From: an uncultured bacterium
GTDB taxonomy: Bacteria > Oederibacteriota > JAAXVQ01 > JAUVAV01
Direction of reading: 5' to 3'
DNA length: 64,000 nucleotides
NCBI GenBank assembly: GCA_963710755.1
Contig: CAVQBK010000003.1
Span: 672,001 to 736,000 of the forward strand
The notes below the pieces were generated by a model. That model did not search any database. It was not told the origin of the DNA and saw nothing but the letters and a program-made list of their open reading frames with translations. A program made the translations under genes and the position numbers. Shown in pieces: positions 58,210 to 64,000 of the stretch. The number at the start of each line of letters is the position of its first letter. The first letter of the stretch is position 1.

Positions 58210-59016
58210 ATGACGAAAATTGGTGTTGCCGGCGCTGCCGGCAGAATGGGTCGAGCCTTAATCCGTGCGGTTATGGGTCATCCCCAGCTGACCTTGGGTG
58301 CAGCTTGGGAGATGAAAGGTCATGCTTTGATTGGTCAGGATGCAGGCACTTTGGCCGGACTTGAGGCAAATGGCATTCTCCTTGGCGAAGATAATCAGAA
58401 AGCCCTGGATCATTGTGATATTATTATAGACTTTACTACACCTGAAGTTACGATGCAGACTATGATTTTGGCTGTGGCCAAAGGCAAAGGCATGGTGATC
58501 GGCACTACCGGTCTTTCACCGGAACAACACCAGACTATGCAAAAAGCCGCTCAATCCATTCCTATTGTTTACGCCACCAATTTTTCCACGGGCATCAACC
58601 TGTTATGGTCTTTAGTCACCCAAGCGGCCCAGATTTTAGGTGAGGAATATAATGTGGAAATTATCGAAGCTCATCATAATATGAAAAAAGATGCTCCCTC
58701 GGGGACGGCCCTGACCCTTTTGGAACGACTCTGTGAAGCCAAAGGTCTGGATCCCAGTGAAGCGGCCCAATACGGCCGGGAAGGCCTGATCGGTCCCAGG
58801 GCCAAAAACGAGGTAGGCATACATGCCCTGAGAGCAGGCGACATTGTGGGTGACCATCTGGTATTGTTTGCCGGGCCAGGGGAACGGTTGGAATTAAAGC
58901 ATCAAGCCCATTCACGCGATACCTTTGCCCAGGGCGCGGTCAGGGCGGCCCACTGGCTGAGTGCCAAAGTGCCCGGCCTGTATCACATGAGCGATGTTTT
59001 GAATCTTAAAAACTAA
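58210..59016 (+). CDS. dapB: 4-hydroxy-tetrahydrodipicolinate reductase
   Basis: GAAGRMG, IDFT, GTTG, EAHHNMKKDAPSGTA. Confidence 0.97.
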   Translation: MTKIGVAGAAGRMGRALIRAVMGHPQLTLGAAWEMKGHALIGQDAGTLAGLEANGILLGEDNQKALDHCDIIIDFTTPEVTMQTMILAVAKGKGMVIGTTGLSPEQHQTMQKAAQSIPIVYATNFSTGINLLWSLVTQAAQILGEEYNVEIIEAHHNMKKDAPSGTALTLLERLCEAKGLDPSEAAQYGREGLIGPRAKNEVGIHALRAGDIVGDHLVLFAGPGERLELKHQAHSRDTFAQGAVRAAHWLSAKVPGLYHMSDVLNLKN

Positions 59017-59235
59017 ATGGATTAGGCGTTTTAAGGAAAAAAGACGGCTTTGCTTAAAACCCTTTGCTTATTGCTGATTTTTGTGTACAATTTTTAACGA
59101 CAAAGATGATCCTAAGCCCGGTTAACAAATTTTGCTTGGAAGGTCGGGAGTTATTGGCCAGAAGCAACCGAGCCTGTTTGTAATATGGGAGCGGGTCACT
59201 ATTAAGAAGGATATCAACGAAAGCAGGTACACAGC

Positions 59236-59628
59236 ATGAGTGCAATCAAACTTGATCGAAAAGGGTTAACCATGTTGGGTTATGGTATTGTGGACGTGGC
59301 CATTAACTCCAATAATGTGTGGGAAGCTGTGATTGAGCCCATCAGGGACGGACAATACACCAAAAAGTTGAATGCATTGATCAAAAAAGTGATTCCCGAA
59401 CCAGATGCCCGCGAAATATATGAAGAAATTTTGAATTATAAATGGTTGCAGACCGAAAACATGGTCAAAGCCGGTAAACTGGAAGCTGGATCATCACTGA
59501 CCCTGAGAGAAGCAGCCGACGAATGGATGAAAAAACATTATCCTGCCTGGAAAGCAGCGCGGCCAACGCCTTGGGAACTGACGGATCATAGTGACACCCT
59601 TTCCCCTCCCACTGGTGAGGATCAGTAA
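59236..59628 (+). CDS. hypothetical protein, DUF4032-like
   Basis: YEEILNYKWLQTE...AADEWM resembles the DUF4032 'ILEHKWFLSE...AA.DW' signature. Confidence 0.55.
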   Translation: MSAIKLDRKGLTMLGYGIVDVAINSNNVWEAVIEPIRDGQYTKKLNALIKKVIPEPDAREIYEEILNYKWLQTENMVKAGKLEAGSSLTLREAADEWMKKHYPAWKAARPTPWELTDHSDTLSPPTGEDQ

Positions 59629-59652
59629 AACTTGGTTGTGAAGGTCTGGGGT

Positions 59653-60168
59653 ATGTTAGTCTGTTATATTGCTTTGGGTTCGAATATTGAGCCACGTGAA
59701 TATTACTTAAAGGAAGCGGTCAGGCTGCTTCGTTTGGAACCGGGCATCGAGCTGGGGGAATGGTCCACTATTGTTCAAAGCCAGGCGCAAACCAGCGAGC
59801 CACAACCTGATTTTTTAAATGCGGTCATTGAAGTTCGGACCAGGCTGGCGCCTTATGACTTACTAGCTGTACTCATGGCTATCGAAGCACGTTGCGGAAG
59901 GCAACGATCACGTTGGCAAGCGCCGCGAACATTGGACTTGGATTTATTGATGTATGGGCAGGAAATTATTGAAACACCGACGTTAACCATTCCTCATCCC
60001 CGCATGCAGGAGCGGGCGTTTGTCCTGGGGCCGTTGGCGGAAATTGCGCCTGCGGTGCTACATCCCCTCAGTCATCAGACTATCGCTGCATTGCTGACAA
60101 AAGTTTCCCATCAGGTGCTCCAGCCCTGGCCGGGCGGAAAGTCGTGGGCAGCATCTTTTAAGGAGTAG
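59653..60168 (+). CDS. folK: 2-amino-4-hydroxy-6-hydroxymethyldihydropteridine diphosphokinase
   Basis: ALGSN, FLNAV, PRTLDLDLL, IPHPRM.ER.FVL. Confidence 0.96.
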   Translation: MLVCYIALGSNIEPREYYLKEAVRLLRLEPGIELGEWSTIVQSQAQTSEPQPDFLNAVIEVRTRLAPYDLLAVLMAIEARCGRQRSRWQAPRTLDLDLLMYGQEIIETPTLTIPHPRMQERAFVLGPLAEIAPAVLHPLSHQTIAALLTKVSHQVLQPWPGGKSWAASFKE

Positions 60169-60174
60169 GATTAA

Positions 60175-60819
60175 GTGGACACAAATAGGTATATCGTGGT
60201 GGAAGGTGTACTGGGGGTGGGCAAGACCAGCTTATGTGAATGCCTGGCCAAGGAATTTGGTGCCCGCTTGGTGCTGGAAGCTTCCGATGAAAATCCCTTT
60301 TTGGAAAAATTTTACCAAGATCAGCGAACCTATGCCTTTCAAACCCAGATTTTTTTTCTGCTCAACCGCTACCGTCAGCAACAGGCCATCGCGCAAGGTG
60401 ATTTGTTTCACCGTAATCTGATATGTGATTACCTGTTTGCCAAGGACAGAATTTTTGCCTACTTGAACCTCGACGAAAACGAATTGAATTTATATGAACG
60501 CCTATGCGGGCTGTTGGCGGAAACCGTAATGAGTCCGGACTTGGTTATTTATTTACAGGCGTCCACGGAGACCCTGATGCAACGCTTGCATCAACGGGGG
60601 CGAAAGTACGAGAAGGCCTTGGATCCAGCTTATATTGAACGGCTTAATCAGGCCTATAATTATTATTTTTTCCACTATCAGGAAACCCCTTTGCTGGTGG
60701 TCAATACCAATGATATTGATTTTGTTCACAGCCGGCAGGACCTGAATGATCTTATCAGCCACATCAAAACCATGGGCAAAGGCACGCAGTATTATACGCC
60801 TGCCGGATTTCAAGGATAA
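60175..60819 (+). CDS. deoxynucleoside kinase
   Basis: VEGVLGVGKT, NPFLEKFY, QIFFL..R, PDLVIYL. Confidence 0.93.
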   Translation: MDTNRYIVVEGVLGVGKTSLCECLAKEFGARLVLEASDENPFLEKFYQDQRTYAFQTQIFFLLNRYRQQQAIAQGDLFHRNLICDYLFAKDRIFAYLNLDENELNLYERLCGLLAETVMSPDLVIYLQASTETLMQRLHQRGRKYEKALDPAYIERLNQAYNYYFFHYQETPLLVVNTNDIDFVHSRQDLNDLISHIKTMGKGTQYYTPAGFQG

Positions 60820-60823
60820 GGCC

Positions 60824-61657
60824 ATGGCTGTCACGGTCCGTCATCTTCAGCAATGGAAAGCAGCGCAGGAAAAATTTACGGTTCTTACGGTTTACGATTA
60901 TGCCTTTGCCAAGCTAATGGCCCAGGCCCAGGTGCCGGTGTTACTGGTCGGTGATTCCCTGGGTCAAGTGGTTTTGGGATTTAATAGCACCCTGCCGGTA
61001 ACGATGGAGGATATGCTTCGTCATACCGGTGCGGTAACACGGGGAGCGCCCGAGGCGCTGGTCGTAGCGGATTTACCCTTTATGTCCTACCAGGTCTGTG
61101 TGCATGAGGCGGTGACCAATGCCGGACGCCTGCTCAAAGAAGGTGGAGCCCAGGCGGTAAAGTTGGAAGGAGGCCAGGACATGGCCGAGGTTATCCGCGC
61201 CATTGTTAGGGCCGGCATCCCGGTTATGGGCCATATCGGCTTGACCCCCCAAGCGGTGAACCAGCTGGGCGGCTATAAAACCCAGGCCACCGACAGTGCC
61301 GGGGAGCGGCGTCTGCTGGCAGACGCCAAGGCCGTGGAAGAAGCGGGTGCTTTCGCGGTGGTGTTGGAAAAAATTCCCGACCAAGTTGCTGCCAAAGTTA
61401 CCAAAGCATTGAGTATTCCCACCATTGGCATTGGCGCCGGCCCGGCCTGTGACGGCCAGGTTTTGGTTAGTTATGACTTGCTGGGTCTGTTCAGCGATTA
61501 TGTTCCCCCCTTTGTCAAACAATACGCCCAATTGGGGGAAACAACCAAAGAGGCGGTAAGCCGCTTTGTGAATGATGTTAAAAAAGGACTATTTCCGCAA
61601 GCAACGGGGTCTAGTTCTAGATCGCGGGTACGGGCCAGAGGGAAGGGAAAAAAGTGA
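60824..61657 (+). CDS. panB: 3-methyl-2-oxobutanoate hydroxymethyltransferase
   Basis: LLVGDSLG, VKLEGG, GHIGLTPQ, GIGAG..CDGQVLV. Confidence 0.97.
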   Translation: MAVTVRHLQQWKAAQEKFTVLTVYDYAFAKLMAQAQVPVLLVGDSLGQVVLGFNSTLPVTMEDMLRHTGAVTRGAPEALVVADLPFMSYQVCVHEAVTNAGRLLKEGGAQAVKLEGGQDMAEVIRAIVRAGIPVMGHIGLTPQAVNQLGGYKTQATDSAGERRLLADAKAVEEAGAFAVVLEKIPDQVAAKVTKALSIPTIGIGAGPACDGQVLVSYDLLGLFSDYVPPFVKQYAQLGETTKEAVSRFVNDVKKGLFPQATGSSSRSRVRARGKGKK

Positions 61658-62514
61658 AAACCATCAGTACCATAAAAGAACTTAAAACTACGGTAGAGCG
61701 CTGGCGTTGCACTAAGAAGAAAGTAGGTGTAGTGCTGACCATGGGGGCCCTGCATGAAGGCCATTTGGCCTTGGTTAGGGCTGCCAAGGCGGAGTGCCAA
61801 AAAGTGGTGGTCACGATTTTTGTCAATCCCATGCAATTCGGTCCTAATGAAGATTATGCCACCTATCCCCGGGATACCAAAAAAGACACCCGCCTGCTCA
61901 CCAACGAAAAAGTAGACCTCTTGTTTGCGCCCAGTGTGGAGAGCCTCTACCCCCAGGGTTTTGGGACACAGGTGCTGGTACCGGAAGGGCTGACTAAGGT
62001 TTTGTGCGGCGCCGCCCGGCCCGGACATTTTAACGGGGTGGCGGTGGTAGTAACCAAACTGCTCAATCTTTGTCATGGTCATGTGGCTTATTTTGGTCAA
62101 AAGGATTATCAGCAAACCTTGGTGATCAAACGCCTGGTGGAAGATCTGAATCTGGGGACGGAAATCAAGGTGTTGCCCACGGTCCGGGAAGCCGACGGTC
62201 TGGCTAAGAGTTCGCGTAATGCTTATCTTTCCGAAGATGAACGCCGGGCAGCCCCAGCCATTTATCAGGCCCTGAAGCTGGCGGAAGGCATGTTGCAGGT
62301 GGGAGAACGCAATCCGGAATCGCTTAAGGAAGCAGTTAAAAAGCGATTGGCCAGTGAACCACGCCTGGAGATTGAGTACATCGCCACGAAAGATGCGACT
62401 ACCTTGGAGGACTTGAATATTTTATCGGGCAAGGTATTGGTGGCCGTGGCTGTCAAATTGGGTAAAGCCCGTCTGATTGATAATGTTGTCGTCGACGTAG
62501 AGACAGGGAGTTGA
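61654..62514 (+). CDS. panC: pantoate--beta-alanine ligase
   Basis: [37 protein letters not shown]. Confidence 0.97.
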   Translation: MKTISTIKELKTTVERWRCTKKKVGVVLTMGALHEGHLALVRAAKAECQKVVVTIFVNPMQFGPNEDYATYPRDTKKDTRLLTNEKVDLLFAPSVESLYPQGFGTQVLVPEGLTKVLCGAARPGHFNGVAVVVTKLLNLCHGHVAYFGQKDYQQTLVIKRLVEDLNLGTEIKVLPTVREADGLAKSSRNAYLSEDERRAAPAIYQALKLAEGMLQVGERNPESLKEAVKKRLASEPRLEIEYIATKDATTLEDLNILSGKVLVAVAVKLGKARLIDNVVVDVETGS

Positions 62515-62518
62515 AGTC

Positions 62519-62935
62519 ATGATCAAACGTTTTTTAATGAAATCTAAAATACACCGGGCCACGGTCACCGGGGCCCATCTCAATTATATGGGCAGTATAA
62601 CCATTGATAAAGCATTGATGGAGGCCGTGGATATTCTGCCCAACGAAAAGGTGCACGTGCTTAACCTGGATAATGGCGCCCGCATCGAGACTTATGTGAT
62701 TACCGGTAAGCGCGGTTCCGGTCAGGTCCGTCTCAATGGGGCGGCGGCCCGCTTCTTTACCAAGCATGACCGTGTCATCATCATTGCCTATGCCCAGGTG
62801 GGGGACGACGAGCTTAAAACGTTTCATCCCCGGGTGGCTTTCGTGGACAGTAAAAACAATTTAACTGAATTGCGGGTGGACCAAGTCCGTCTTCACCGCC
62901 AATTGCCGCCTCCTAAAAAAGGAGCCAAGTCATGA
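62519..62935 (+). CDS. panD: aspartate 1-decarboxylase
   Basis: KSKIHRA, GSITID self-cleavage site, NGAAAR. Confidence 0.97.
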   Translation: MIKRFLMKSKIHRATVTGAHLNYMGSITIDKALMEAVDILPNEKVHVLNLDNGARIETYVITGKRGSGQVRLNGAAARFFTKHDRVIIIAYAQVGDDELKTFHPRVAFVDSKNNLTELRVDQVRLHRQLPPPKKGAKS

Positions 62936-63861
62936 GTTCTACCGGTACTTCTTTGGATCAACAAAGCATGCAACATCAGATTCGAACCTGGAAGGAGAAA
63001 CGCAAGGCCATCATTTTAGCTCACAATTACCAGTCGGCAGAAGTGCAGGATGTGGCCGACTTGTGCGGCGATTCCCTGGAACTGGCGCGCAAGGCCGCGG
63101 CGACGGATGCTGAGACCATTGTGTTTTGCGGTGTTCATTTCATGGCCGAAAGTGCCAAAATTTTATCCCCCCAAAAAACGGTGCTCCTGCCCGTACCCGA
63201 AGCCGGCTGTCCTATGGCGGATATGGTGACCGCCCCGTCGCTGGCCGCCTTTAAGCAGGCCCATCCGGATACAGCCATCGTGGCCTATGTTAATTCCTCA
63301 GCTGAAGTCAAAGCTGAATCGGATTATTGCTGCACCTCGGCCAATGCCGTTACCCTGGTCAATGCCATCCCGGAGCGGAAAATTCTTTTTGTGCCCGACA
63401 AAAATCTGGGTCATTGGGTTAAGCGCCATACGGATAAGGACGTGACGCTATGGGACGGCTTTTGCGCTACTCATGACCTGATCACTGTGGCCGATGTGGT
63501 TAAAGCCAGAGCAGCCCATGGGGAAGCTCAATTGCTCGTCCACCCTGAATGTAAGCCCGAAATTTGTGATATGGCCGATGCCGTTTTGTCCACGTCCCAA
63601 ATGATTGCCTATGCGCAAAAAAGTGCCCACCAAGCTTTTATTATTGCTACAGAGGTAGGCCTGTTGCATGCGCTGCAAAAAGCCAATCCCCACAAACAGT
63701 TTTATGCGGTCAACGAAGACATGTACTGTCCCAACATGAAATTAACAGACATCCATGATGTTATCAAAGCCCTGGTGGAATTTGAAACTCAGATCACGGT
63801 GCCTGAGGCTGTGCAAAAAAAAGCCGTGGCTGCCCTAGAAGCCATGATTCGCTATGGATGA
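62932..63861 (+). CDS. nadA: quinolinate synthase
   Basis: [33 protein letters not shown]. Confidence 0.97.
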   Translation: MSSTGTSLDQQSMQHQIRTWKEKRKAIILAHNYQSAEVQDVADLCGDSLELARKAAATDAETIVFCGVHFMAESAKILSPQKTVLLPVPEAGCPMADMVTAPSLAAFKQAHPDTAIVAYVNSSAEVKAESDYCCTSANAVTLVNAIPERKILFVPDKNLGHWVKRHTDKDVTLWDGFCATHDLITVADVVKARAAHGEAQLLVHPECKPEICDMADAVLSTSQMIAYAQKSAHQAFIIATEVGLLHALQKANPHKQFYAVNEDMYCPNMKLTDIHDVIKALVEFETQITVPEAVQKKAVAALEAMIRYG

Positions 63862-64000
63862 TGGTGGTCGTCTAGGCTCCTATCAAGGTATTAATCAGCC
63901 CAACTAACCCCGGCTGCCGTTGGAATAACGCCTCATTGGAAGGTCTTACATGAACAAGCTGTGTTCAGCTTGTTGGTGCCTCAAAGGATTGCTTATGAAA

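Noticed and set aside
63953-64000. 9-bp hairpin AACAAGCTG/CAGCTTGTT and a possible ATG at 63995
   Set aside because: No U-tract, and the next gene is cut by the window edge, so it cannot be called
1-64000. CRISPR array, rRNA, IS/transposase, prophage genes
   Set aside because: No regularly spaced repeats or matching protein motifs seen by eye

Overview
Chromosomal DNA from a diderm bacterium, about 60 genes, mostly on the + strand. PorV-like barrels, a YPNP-type sorting domain and tmk-holB-ricT-metG-tatD synteny suggest an under-studied lineage such as FCPU426/Elusimicrobiota-like (inference only). Housekeeping content: comEC, pfkA, pdxA, rsmA, pepA, dcd, split metH, fhs, tRNA-Val(CAC), trpCF/trpBA, accD-folC, lysA-dapF-dapA-dapB, folK-dNK-panBCD-nadA. 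Most interesting points: (1) an AT-rich variable locus at 19.9-22.9 kb, where a 151-bp diverged copy of the 3' end of a PorV-TPR gene separates two cargo genes (a nonsense-broken gene and a SIR2-like gene) next to vapBC; (2) a T9SS-like pair of a CTD-bearing repeat protein coupled to a PorV-TPR fusion, plus a separate PorV-OmpA fusion; (3) an 808-aa class III cyclase with non-canonical base-specificity residues downstream of comEC; (4) a degenerate, short-loop tRNA nucleotidyltransferase; (5) several structured intergenic elements. No CRISPR array, rRNA, transposase or integrase was seen. All family calls come from motif recognition by eye, not database searches.
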